A DNA stretch of 64,000 bases from an uncultured Alphaproteobacteria bacterium. Its GTDB lineage: Bacteria; Pseudomonadota; Alphaproteobacteria; Rhizobiales; Beijerinckiaceae. Numbering within the stretch: the first letter of the stretch is position 1; the number at the start of each line of letters is the position of its first letter. The stretch lies in NCBI GenBank assembly GCA_963753135.1, contig CAVWBA010000021.1:12166-76165 (forward strand), in the 5' to 3' direction. Positions 12,118 to 22,933 of the stretch are shown piece after piece. Made by a program: the position numbers and the translations under genes. The notes under the pieces were generated by a model. It was not told where the DNA came from and searched no databases. It worked only from the letters and a program-made list of their open reading frames with translations.

Positions 12118-12926
12118 GCCCGTGCGGCTCCTGAACCTTGTACACCTTTATCGCCGTCGCTGTCGGCATCCTGTGCGAGACGAAGCTCTAAAATCATCGC
12201 GTCAACGAGATGTAACGTATGGCCGAGGTACTCGGCTCGAAATCGAGGTGACCGATAATCCCAGCGCGCTTGGGAGCGGGCGGTCGACACTGCTCCGCGA
12301 TCCTGCTCGTAAAATTTGTGAGTTAACTCTCGTAGAGCTGCCTGCAACTGCGTAGTTGCCTGGAACTCGACCGAAAGCGAAACGTCTATAACCTTATCTG
12401 CTACAATAACTTGCGCAGGCATTCCGATGTAAGTGTGCCAAGCATAATAGCCAACGTCCGTCGCCTTGGGGGCGGTATCCCCTTTTAGTCCTACGTCGTT
12501 GGCTGCTGCGATAATTTCCTGGGATACGCGTTCGGGCCCGTCCAGGTATCTGCAAATCAGCATTGTGCGTATGAGATCATCGACTATGCCGAACGAAGTC
12601 GAGTAAGTAATCCACCCTTCTCGTGGGTTTTTTGGCCATGAGCGATTCCAAAGGCAATTGAGTCGGAAGAGCTTGTTGGCGAAAGATGCAAAGCTTTTCT
12701 TTCTGAGTACCAGCTCCGGCGCTTTGGAGCTTTCTTGGAATACGCCACTGTCCGTCAGCACTGTCAGCCGTTTTGCAAGTACGTCCATAAATTGATGCGA
12801 ATTGACGGTATTGTGTAAAACGGTAATATTGGCTTCAAATTTCGATGACAATTCCTGACTGGTAAGATCATCGCCCAGTTGTTCTTTATGCCACCCGAGG
12901 TATTCCTCGAACGAGGGCTTATCCAC
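12114..12926 (-). CDS. RelA/SpoT-like (small alarmone synthetase-type) nucleotidyltransferase
   Basis: RxKxxxSxxxK (R75-K85), DD116-117, GYYAWH, EFQ, H203xxY in SAS order; 4-nt overlap with the DUF262 gene. Confidence 0.7.
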   Translation of the reverse strand: MDKPSFEEYLGWHKEQLGDDLTSQELSSKFEANITVLHNTVNSHQFMDVLAKRLTVLTDSGVFQESSKAPELVLRKKSFASFANKLFRLNCLWNRSWPKNPREGWITYSTSFGIVDDLIRTMLICRYLDGPERVSQEIIAAANDVGLKGDTAPKATDVGYYAWHTYIGMPAQVIVADKVIDVSLSVEFQATTQLQAALRELTHKFYEQDRGAVSTARSQARWDYRSPRFRAEYLGHTLHLVDAMILELRLAQDADSDGDKGVQGSGAARA

Positions 12927-12984
12927 AGGAGAACCCCTAGGTTGTTCAGCGCCTGCTACGTACGCGCGTAGAGGCGGTTATTGC

Positions 12985-14723
<1,739 letters not shown>

Positions 14724-14765
14724 CAGGCGCCTATCTCAGCAAGAGGAAAGTCAAAGGGAGTCCTG

Positions 14766-15161
14766 CTAGGTTTTGAGCAAGCGGAAACCTGGGGACTCGG
14801 CCGCTTCCCGGTCGAACGTCAGCGTCGTCTCGCAACCGGCGTCGAGATTGAGCGCCGCGATCAATCGGTCCGCGAAGAGATGGATCCCGGTGTTGGAATC
14901 GGTAATGGCCTCGAGGACGCTGGCTCGGTGCTGGATCGCGAGCGCGGGATGGCGGACGATTCGGGTCAGCGCGTGGCGAATCCAGTCGTCTTCCCATTTG
15001 TAGGCGCGCCGCATGGTCCATGCGAATTCGGCGAGCACGACGACATTGACGAAGATTTGGCCCGCTTTGCTCTCGTCAAGCACGCGGATGGCGCTCGCCG
15101 CCTGCTGCGCATCGTCGCTCGCGAAGATGCGGACGAGGACGTTTGTGTCGAGGCCAATCAT
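14766..15161 (-). CDS. vapC: VapC PIN-domain toxin
   Basis: GLDTNVLVR, VVLAE, FADRLI, LTFDR acidic PIN tetrad. Confidence 0.92.
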   Translation of the reverse strand: MIGLDTNVLVRIFASDDAQQAASAIRVLDESKAGQIFVNVVVLAEFAWTMRRAYKWEDDWIRHALTRIVRHPALAIQHRASVLEAITDSNTGIHLFADRLIAALNLDAGCETTLTFDREAAESPGFRLLKT

Positions 15162-15472
15162 TCGGCGGCGGTCCGCCTGGGCCTGGGTCGCCGAGGGGAG
15201 GCCTGTCGTCGAATTCTGCGATCGTCTTCGACAAGCGCATCGCCGACGGCCTGGTCCATCTCACGGATCGAAATAGGAGGCGATCGAACTTCGGTCTCGT
15301 ACATACCTGTCCAATCTTTCGCCTTTCCGGTGATGGCGTGAAAGAACACGTCGCCTTCGAGCGAGAGGTAAAACTCGACCTCGCAGCCCTCGGCGATCTT
15401 CAGCTTCTTGCGCAGGGGCGCGGGCAACGTGATAATCCCGTCAGCCCCAACGGTCGTTCGATAGTGTGGCAT
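15158..15472 (-). CDS. vapB: AbrB/MazE-type VapB antitoxin
   Basis: TVGADGIITLPAPLRKKLKIAEGCEVEF; 4-nt overlap with vapC. Confidence 0.88.
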   Translation of the reverse strand: MPHYRTTVGADGIITLPAPLRKKLKIAEGCEVEFYLSLEGDVFFHAITGKAKDWTGMYETEVRSPPISIREMDQAVGDALVEDDRRIRRQASPRRPRPRRTAAE

Positions 15473-15506
15473 TGTCGTCTCGATATTTGCGTGAGCCGCT
15501 AGGGTA

Positions 15507-16127
15507 TCACACCTTGCCCATCACCTCCTGGCGGAAGCCGTAGACTTCGCGCTTTCCGGCGATGGCGACGAGGCGCACGGATCGGCTCTGACCGGGCTCG
15601 AAGCGGACCGCCGTGCCGGCCGCGATGTCCAGGCGATAGCCCTTGGTCTTGGCCCGGTCGAACTTGAGCGCCGGGTTGGTCTCGAAGAAATGATAGTGCG
15701 AGCCGACCTGGATCGGCCGGTCGCCGGAATTGGAAACGTCGAGCGTGAGCGTCTCGCGGCCGACATTCATGGCGATCTCGCCGGGCTCGGCGATCACTTC
15801 GCCGGGGATCTCTTTGTCCTCCGCGCCGCGGATCGGATGGTGGACGGTGACGAGCTTGGTGCCGTCGGGGAAGGTCGCCTCGACCTGGATGTCGTGGATC
15901 ATCGAGGCGATCCCGTCCATCACCTGATCGGCGGAGACGACATGCGCGCCGGCCTCCATAAGCTCGGCGACCGAGCGCCCGTCGCGCGCGCCCTCGACGA
16001 CGAAATCGGTGATGAGGGCAATCGCTTCCGGATGGTTGAGCTTGACGCCGCGCTCGAGCCGACGGCGCGCCACCATCGCCGCCATGGCGATCAAAAGCTT
16101 GTCCTTTTCCCGCGGCGTCAGGTTCAT
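15507..16127 (-). CDS. ureAB: Fused urease gamma-beta subunit
   Basis: [11 protein letters not shown]...[14 protein letters not shown] (gamma) in frame with [17 protein letters not shown]...[15 protein letters not shown] (beta). Confidence 0.96.
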   Translation of the reverse strand: MNLTPREKDKLLIAMAAMVARRRLERGVKLNHPEAIALITDFVVEGARDGRSVAELMEAGAHVVSADQVMDGIASMIHDIQVEATFPDGTKLVTVHHPIRGAEDKEIPGEVIAEPGEIAMNVGRETLTLDVSNSGDRPIQVGSHYHFFETNPALKFDRAKTKGYRLDIAAGTAVRFEPGQSRSVRLVAIAGKREVYGFRQEVMGKV

Positions 16128-16182
16128 GGGGCCTTGTCCCTCCTCGTAGGCGTTGAGCTTTCCAGCAAATTTCGCGCCCCGG

Positions 16183-17019
16183 TCAAGGCCAGAGGCGCGG
16201 CTTGCGTCCGCCGAGCGCGACAATGGCGGCGAGAAGCGCGGCGCGCAATCGTTCAGACGAGGCGGCGAGGAGGCGGGCGACGAGGAGGCCGTCGAACGCG
16301 CTCGCGCCGCTTTCGACGCCCGGGCCGGCGGCTTTGAGCGCCGCCCGCAAATCGGGCAGGCGAGCCTCAATATTCGGCGCCGAAGCGACGATCGTCGACA
16401 CGGCTCGCGCGCCTGCGCCTGTCGCTTTGCGCTCCAGGGTTGCGCCGGCGTGGTCGATCCTTGTCTCGTCGGCGAACACAAGCCGGCCGTCGCGGCGAAC
16501 GCGCCATGAATCCCTTAACGTCGCGTCGATCTGGCTTTCGCCCATCGCGAGGCGCCCGAATGCGAGCGTTTCCGCAATAATGAACTCAGCTTCGCCCGAC
16601 GTCTCGACCTCGAGGCGCCGCTCGAGCCGCGCGCCGTCGAATAGAAGCGTCTCCTGAGGCAGCCAGAAGAGCCGCGCGCCGGACGCAAGCTGAAGTCGGG
16701 TCGTGATCGCCGCGGCGGGGCCGTGGCTGCGATAGATGCGCTCGGCCGAGGGCGTGGTCGCCTCGACCTCGGCGGCCTCGCCGAGGTCGAGGCTCACGGA
16801 ATAGGCATCGCCGCCGGCGACCCCGCCGCCGGTGTTGACGATCGCCGCCTCGCAAGGGTTGGACGAGCGGGGAAAGCGCCAGCGCAGGCCCCCGGTCTCG
16901 AACAGCCGGTGAGCCTCGGTGCGCTCCCCGATCCGCGCGAACGACCCGCGCGCTTCCGCGCGCGCCCGCTGCCGGCCGGCCGCATCGGCGCGCGGCTCGA
17001 CGGGGCCGAACGAATCCAT
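16183..17019 (-). CDS. ureD: Urease accessory protein UreD
   Basis: [31 protein letters not shown]; ATG at 17019. Confidence 0.95.
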   Translation of the reverse strand: MDSFGPVEPRADAAGRQRARAEARGSFARIGERTEAHRLFETGGLRWRFPRSSNPCEAAIVNTGGGVAGGDAYSVSLDLGEAAEVEATTPSAERIYRSHGPAAAITTRLQLASGARLFWLPQETLLFDGARLERRLEVETSGEAEFIIAETLAFGRLAMGESQIDATLRDSWRVRRDGRLVFADETRIDHAGATLERKATGAGARAVSTIVASAPNIEARLPDLRAALKAAGPGVESGASAFDGLLVARLLAASSERLRAALLAAIVALGGRKPRLWP

Positions 17020-17034
17020 CAGTGTGACTCTTTC

Positions 17035-17907
17035 ATGACGGCTGCGACTCACCTCAGCTCCGGCGTGCTGGCCGCCGTCCTCGGCGCGGCGGCCCTTCAT
17101 GCGCTGTGGAACTCCCTCGTCAAGAGCGCGGACGACAAGTTTCTCTCGTCGGCGGTCGTGGCGATCTGGTGCGGCGGAGTGGCTCTCTTGGCCGCTCTCG
17201 TCCTGCCCCGGCCGGCGGCAGCGGCCATGCCCTTCATCGTCGCCTCGGCCATCATCCATATCGTCTATTTCATCCTGGTCGGGCTGCTCTATCGCAGCGC
17301 CGACCTCTCGGTCGCTTATCCGATCATGCGCGGACTTGCGCCCTTGATCGCCGCAATCATCGCGCTTGCGACATTGGGCGAAGCGCCGGGGCCGATCGCC
17401 AGCCTCGGAGTGGCGGCGCTCGTCGCGGGCGTGCTGGCCATGGGCGCCAGCGGTCTCGCGCATGGTCGAATCGATCGCCCGACGATCCTTGTCGCGCTCG
17501 CCAATTCGGTCGTCATCGCGGTCTATTCGGTGATCGACGGGCAAGGCGCGCGGCTCTCGGGGGCGAGCGCCGCCTTCGCCTTCGCCTATAATTCGTGGGC
17601 GGACGCGCTGACCGCGCTCGCCTATTTGCCGATCATCCTTTGTCTTCGCGGCCGCGCGACGGTCGCCGCCTTTGCGCAGGGTTGGCGGCTCGGCCTTGTC
17701 GGCGGCGGCGCCGCCTTCCTCGGCTATGCGATCGTCGTCTGGGCGATGACCCGAGCCCCGATCGCCGCCGTCGCCGCGCTTCGCGAGACGTCGGTCGTGT
17801 TCGCAGGCGTCATCGGCGTCGTGGCGCTTCGCGAACCATTCCATGCGCAACGCGCGGTCGCCGCGCTGGTCATCCTCGCAGGCGTCATCCTTCTGCGGAT
17901 CGGCTGA
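17035..17907 (+). CDS. EamA/DMT family transporter
   Basis: AVLGAAALHALWN, DLSVAYPIMRG, VAALRETSVVF; about 10 hydrophobic segments. Confidence 0.9.
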   Translation: MTAATHLSSGVLAAVLGAAALHALWNSLVKSADDKFLSSAVVAIWCGGVALLAALVLPRPAAAAMPFIVASAIIHIVYFILVGLLYRSADLSVAYPIMRGLAPLIAAIIALATLGEAPGPIASLGVAALVAGVLAMGASGLAHGRIDRPTILVALANSVVIAVYSVIDGQGARLSGASAAFAFAYNSWADALTALAYLPIILCLRGRATVAAFAQGWRLGLVGGGAAFLGYAIVVWAMTRAPIAAVAALRETSVVFAGVIGVVALREPFHAQRAVAALVILAGVILLRIG

Positions 17908-17928
17908 CCGAAGGCGCTGCGGCCTCGG

Positions 17929-19493
17929 TCATGGCGGGCATTGCCGCTGAAGATTGACCTCGCCGCGCGGACAGACCGGGTCGAGCACCGCGGCGTAGGG
18001 ATCGGCGACCCGGTAAAGCTCATAAGCTTCGAGGGCTCCGCCGGGCTCACGCCGTTGCAAGACGCCCGCCGGCTCGACTTCATGAAAGCGCATCTTCATG
18101 TAGAGGTCGAAATGGCGGCCCGGTTCGCCGAGCGCGAGCCCAGGCGCCGCGAACCGCGTTTCGGACAGCTGAGGCCCGAATATCCACCGCATCCGCTGCT
18201 GCGGCTGCACGATGGGGATCGCCGGATCGCCATAATAGGTCATCAGCGAAGTCAGCGCGTAGCCTTGGGTGAGGACATAAGGCGCGTTCTCCGCGCGCGC
18301 CTTGGCGTCGAGATCGCGCGCGAGCCCCTGAAAGCCCTCGAGGCGCGCGAGCGGGCTGCCGGGCCCAAGCGGGATGGCGCTGGTCCCAGCCTCGGCGAAG
18401 GTCAGCGCGGCGACGGCGAGCCCGATTGGCGCGGCCCATGGAGCGGCCTTCGCGATCGCCCCGGCGAAGCCTGCGACGCCTGCCCGGCGCGTTTCGGCGA
18501 CCCAGTCCGCGGCCAGGATCGCCGCGGCCGGATAAAGCGGCGCGAGCCAGTTGCCCTGGACGCGGTCGTGCAGCGAATGCAACAGGAAGTAGACCGCCGC
18601 AGGCGCGATCGTGCAGGCGAGGATGCGCCGCGCTTCGTCGCGCGACCGGACAGGCGGGCGCGGCGCCAGGGGATTGCCCAAACGGCAGGGATGAGCGCGG
18701 CGACAACCAGCGGATTCATGAGCATAATCTGCGCAACCAGGAACTCCGCCAGATAGTAGGGCGTCAATCCGTGCGGCGGCGCGCGGCCCAGTTGCTTCAC
18801 GAAGGTCGCCCAGCCGTGCTCGGCGTTCCAGACGACGAAGGGCATGAAAATCATCAGCGCCACGGCGAGGCCGGCATAGAGCGCGGGCGAGAGGAGCCAG
18901 CGGCGCAGCGAGGGCGTCGCAACCAGGGCGAACCCGACGCCGCTTATGAAAAAGGCGGCGGTGAACTTCGATTGCAGGGCCAAGCCCAGAGCCAAGCCCA
19001 GCGCGATCAGCCAGCCTTTTTCGCTCGAGCGCCAGAGCTCGACCAGGGCCGCAAGCCCAAGCGTCCAAAACACGACCAGCGGCGCATCGGGGGTGACAAA
19101 CACCGCCCCGATGGAGACCAGCGGCATGGCGACCCACATCAGCGCCGCGAGCGCGGCTTTCTCCGCCGAATCAAACAGGCGCCAGGCGATGAAGGCGATC
19201 AGGGCGGGCAGCGCGCCGACGAGGAGGAGCGAAAGCGCCCGCACTCCGAGCTCCGAGCCGCCGAACAGCGAAGTCGAGGCGCGGATGAGGAGCGCGACCA
19301 TCGGCGGGTGGTCGAGATATCCGAAAGAAAGGGAGCGCGACCAAAGCGTATAATAAGCTTCGTCGAAAGTGAGCTCGAGCCGTCCGGCGGCCAGCGCCTG
19401 CATGGCCAGGAGCGCGATCGGCGCTGCGACGGCGCAAACGCCGAGCCGCGCGGCGCGGCGCAAGCCCGTCTCGCTCCGCGCGGGGGCGACCAT
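17929..19493 (-). CDS. GT39/ArnT-like membrane glycosyltransferase (one frameshift ~18655)
   Basis: FDEAYY, GYLDHPPMVA, TPDAPL, QSKFT; the second frame continues RVQGNWLAPLYP. Confidence 0.85.
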
Positions 19494-19710
19494 GGAATCG
19501 CCGTTCACGTCGTCGGTTTCGCTCTCGTCGGCGCTATCGAGCCCATCGCGGGCGTCCGTCGCACGCCGGCCCGCGCGCGGTCAATCATGGCCAAGAATGG
19601 GAAATTGACGCGAAGGTGTTGCGCGGCGCACACAGGCGCCCCGCCGTCGAGGTCGTATAAGTCCTCGAGGGCGACGCGGAAAGGCAGGCGGCGCGATCGG
19701 GTTGGGAATC

Positions 19711-20949
19711 ATGGCGGCCGCGGCGGACAGGAAAAGCTTGAGAGAGGCCGATCGCGACGACGCTGCGGACGCCTCGCGCTTTTTCTCGCGCATCGGCTAT
19801 CTGGTGCTGGCCGTCGGCGCGCCGGTCGGGGTCGTGCTCCACCCGCTCGGCCTCTATGTGATGTTCTCGATTGGCGTGGGTCTTCTTCTGATCGCCGCGG
19901 CCCTCGACGCGGAGCCTGGATTTATCGAGCGCTTGAGGCGGCCCTTTTACGTTCCGGCGTTTCTCGCCTTGCTGGCGGGATTGGCTTGGGCGGCGCTGTC
20001 GATTTTGTGGACGCCTTATCCGGTCGCGGCGGGCCAACACCTGCTCAAGCTGGGCGTCCTCATTGTCGCAACAATGTTGGCTGTGGCTGCGCCGCGCGAG
20101 AACGCAGCCGCGACCGATCTCTATCTCTTCCCGATAGGCGTGATGGTCGGAATGGCGGCGATCGTCGCGCGCGCTCTCGCGGAGACGCTCGCTGGCGCCC
20201 CGGACGACGGCCGGCTGGCGGCAGGCGCGGTCGCGATCGCCGTGCTGGCGTTCCCGGCGATTGGCGGACTTGCGGCGCGCGGGCGCAACGGACTTGCGCG
20301 CCTGCTTTTGATCGTCGCCCTCTGCTTCGCCTATATTGACAGCTACGCTCCGCTCACGATTGCGCTGTTTGCCGGCTATCTCGCTCTGTCGTTCTCGATC
20401 TCGGATTTGTCGCGCACCGCGCGCGAATTGAGTTGGGGCGCGGCGGCGCTCATCCTGTTGTCGCCGCTCATCCCCGCGCTCGCGCCGACCGTCTCCGCCT
20501 GGATCTTCCATGCCCGGCTCGCCTCGCTGCCGGCGCCTTATCCGTCGCTGTCGGTGGCGGCGGATGTGTTCACGCACGACAAGCTCAGGCTCATCACTGG
20601 CCATGGATTTGCGACCGTCGCCCACGGCGTTCAAGACCAGATCCTGCCGGCCCGAACTCCCCGCGCGCTCGCGTTCACGGTCTGGTATGAGCTTGGGATC
20701 GTCGGCGCGGTCCTGGCGGCGGCTGCGGCGTGGCTGGCGTTTCGCGATCTTCCGCGCGCGCCGCCGCGGCTCGCGCCCTACATGGCCGCGGCCTTCTCGG
20801 CGGTTGTCGCGCTCGCCTTCCTCAACGTCGATTTCGCCGAAATGACGACGCTAACTTTGATCGCGGTCGCCGTCATTTCGACCGATGTGGCGGCGCGGAG
20901 CCAATACCGCACCAGCCGGCCATCGGCGGCTGGGCTCGCGAATCTCTAA
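19711..20949 (+). CDS. Polytopic membrane protein, O-antigen ligase/Wzy-like
   Basis: Many TM segments; late periplasmic loop GHGF...WYELGIVG. Confidence 0.55.
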   Translation: MAAAADRKSLREADRDDAADASRFFSRIGYLVLAVGAPVGVVLHPLGLYVMFSIGVGLLLIAAALDAEPGFIERLRRPFYVPAFLALLAGLAWAALSILWTPYPVAAGQHLLKLGVLIVATMLAVAAPRENAAATDLYLFPIGVMVGMAAIVARALAETLAGAPDDGRLAAGAVAIAVLAFPAIGGLAARGRNGLARLLLIVALCFAYIDSYAPLTIALFAGYLALSFSISDLSRTARELSWGAAALILLSPLIPALAPTVSAWIFHARLASLPAPYPSLSVAADVFTHDKLRLITGHGFATVAHGVQDQILPARTPRALAFTVWYELGIVGAVLAAAAAWLAFRDLPRAPPRLAPYMAAAFSAVVALAFLNVDFAEMTTLTLIAVAVISTDVAARSQYRTSRPSAAGLANL

Positions 20950-20989
20950 GGGCCTTCGCCGCTCTTAGGCCACGCCCCTCGGGCCCGAG

Positions 20990-21286
20990 CTAGCGCTTGC
21001 TGGCGAACGCTGCCGGTCCGTGACCGATGCGCGGCCGCTTGTACTCGACCACGACGGCGCGGGTGCGGCCCGCGACCAGGCTCGCCCGGCCCCGCGTTTT
21101 GGCGGCCTGTTTGGCCGCCAAGGCCCTCACCTCGTCGACCGGCACGCCCATGAGGGAAGCGGCGATTTCGGCGCGCTGACCCGGATCGTTGGCCAGACTT
21201 TCGGCCGCGATCAGAGCCTCTTCTACTGTCGGGGTGTCGCGGCGCACGCGGCGAACGCCCCATTTGGTCTTCCAGGTGGCTGACAT
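20990..21286 (-). CDS. Small conserved-looking hypothetical protein
   Basis: MSATWKTKWGVRRVRRDTPTVEEAL; typical codon usage, ATG at 21286. Confidence 0.6.
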   Translation of the reverse strand: MSATWKTKWGVRRVRRDTPTVEEALIAAESLANDPGQRAEIAASLMGVPVDEVRALAAKQAAKTRGRASLVAGRTRAVVVEYKRPRIGHGPAAFASKR

Positions 21287-21492
21287 GGGCCCCTCTGAAT
21301 CCTGTCTACTCTTGTTGAAAAGGCCTTCTAGCAGATTTGTTGCACCGCAGCAATCCGATTCAAGCTTCAACATTTTCGTTATCCACACACGCTATGCGGA
21401 TACACGGGCGTCAATTGGGAATTGGCCCTTCGGCGCGGCGCGTCCGGCGCGGCCCATATCCTGCTTGACAAAAGTTGCGCGTAGCAAAACGA

Positions 21493-21508
21493 TTGACCAA
21501 ACGGTCAG
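21493..21508. promoter_or_regulatory. RutR/PydR-type operator upstream of preTA
   Basis: TTGACCAAACGGTCAG versus the RutR consensus TTGACCAnnTGGTCAA; TTGACA -35-like hexamer at 21465-21470. Confidence 0.75.
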
Positions 21509-21551
21509 GAATGAACCGGTCTATCTCTCCAAGGCTTAGGGGTTTCCGCCC

Positions 21552-22919
21552 ATGACGATCGTAGCCGACCCGTCGGGCGCATCCGACGTCCGCCCGGGAC
21601 GCCTGGACGAGGCGACCCTGAAAGGCAATTTTGCCGATCTGCACCCGCTCTTGACCCCGCATGAGGCGAGAGTGGAGGCGGAGCGCTGCTATTTCTGCTT
21701 CGACCCGCCCTGCCAGCAGGCCTGCCCGACCGCGATCGACATTCCGCTGTTCATTCGCCAGATCGCCGCCGGCAACCGCTCGGGCGCGGCGACCACCATT
21801 TTCGATTCCAACATCATGGGCGGCATGTGCGCCCGCGTCTGCCCGACCGAAACGCTGTGCGAGGAAGCCTGCGTGCGCGAGGCGGCGGAAATGAAGCCGG
21901 TCGTCATCGGCAGATTGCAGCGCTATGCGACAGAACCCACGATCGCCACCGGGAAATCGCCCTACATACGCGGCGCGCCGACGGGAAAACGCGTCGCCAT
22001 CGTCGGGGCCGGGCCAGCGGGCTTGGCTTGCGCGCATGAACTTAGCCGAGCCGGCGTCGACAGCACGATCTTCGAGCCGCGCGAGAAGGCGGGGGGCCTC
22101 AATGAATACGGCATTGCCGCCTACAAGACGGTCGATGACTTCGCCGCGCGGGAAGTCGAGTTCATTCTCTCGATCGGCGGCATCGAAATCAAGCGCGGGC
22201 AGGCGCTTGGCCTTAACGTCAAGCTCGACGACCTCAGGCGCGACTACGACGCCGTCTTCCTCGGCGCGGGCCTTGGCGCGACCAACAAGCTCGGATTGCC
22301 GAGGGAGGCCGAACTCGCGAACGTGATCGACGCGGTCGACTATATCGCCAAGCTCAGGCAGGCCAAGGATCTTTCCACATTGCCGGTCGGCCGCCGCGTG
22401 GTGGTGATCGGCGGCGGCATGACGGCGATCGACGTCGCCGTGCAGTCGAAGAAGCTCGGCGCCGAGACCGTGACCATGGTCTATCGGCGCGGGCCCGAAC
22501 AGATGAAGGCGAGCGCGTATGAGCAGGAGCTCGCGCAAACGAGCGGGGTCGTCATCCGTTATTGGGCGCGGCCCGTGGCGCTCGAGGGTCGCGGCGAGAC
22601 GCTGAGCGGCGTCGTGTTCGAGAGCGGCAATGGCGGCGAGAGCGCGTCCGCTCCGTTAGGCTCAGTCTTTCGCCTCGACGCCGACATGCTCTTTCTCGCC
22701 ATCGGGCAGCGCGGCGCGCCGGAAGCGCTGGACGGAGCGCCGATCGAGGTCAGGGACGGCCGCATTGTCGTCGACGACGAGCGCCGCACGACGCTAGCCG
22801 GCGTCTGGGCCGGCGGGGATTGCGTGTACGGCGGACAAGACTTGACGGTGAGCGCCGTCGAGGACGGCAAGCAGGCGGCGCGCTCGATCGCCGCGGCGCT
22901 CAACGCATCGCGCGCCTGA
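21552..22919 (+). CDS. preT: Dihydropyrimidine dehydrogenase subunit A (GltD-like Fe-S flavoprotein)
   Basis: RCYFCFDPPCQQACP, CARVCPTETLCEEAC, GAGPAG, IGGGMTAID. Confidence 0.92.
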   Translation: MTIVADPSGASDVRPGRLDEATLKGNFADLHPLLTPHEARVEAERCYFCFDPPCQQACPTAIDIPLFIRQIAAGNRSGAATTIFDSNIMGGMCARVCPTETLCEEACVREAAEMKPVVIGRLQRYATEPTIATGKSPYIRGAPTGKRVAIVGAGPAGLACAHELSRAGVDSTIFEPREKAGGLNEYGIAAYKTVDDFAAREVEFILSIGGIEIKRGQALGLNVKLDDLRRDYDAVFLGAGLGATNKLGLPREAELANVIDAVDYIAKLRQAKDLSTLPVGRRVVVIGGGMTAIDVAVQSKKLGAETVTMVYRRGPEQMKASAYEQELAQTSGVVIRYWARPVALEGRGETLSGVVFESGNGGESASAPLGSVFRLDADMLFLAIGQRGAPEALDGAPIEVRDGRIVVDDERRTTLAGVWAGGDCVYGGQDLTVSAVEDGKQAARSIAAALNASRA

Positions 22920-22933
22920 AAGGCGAGGATCCA

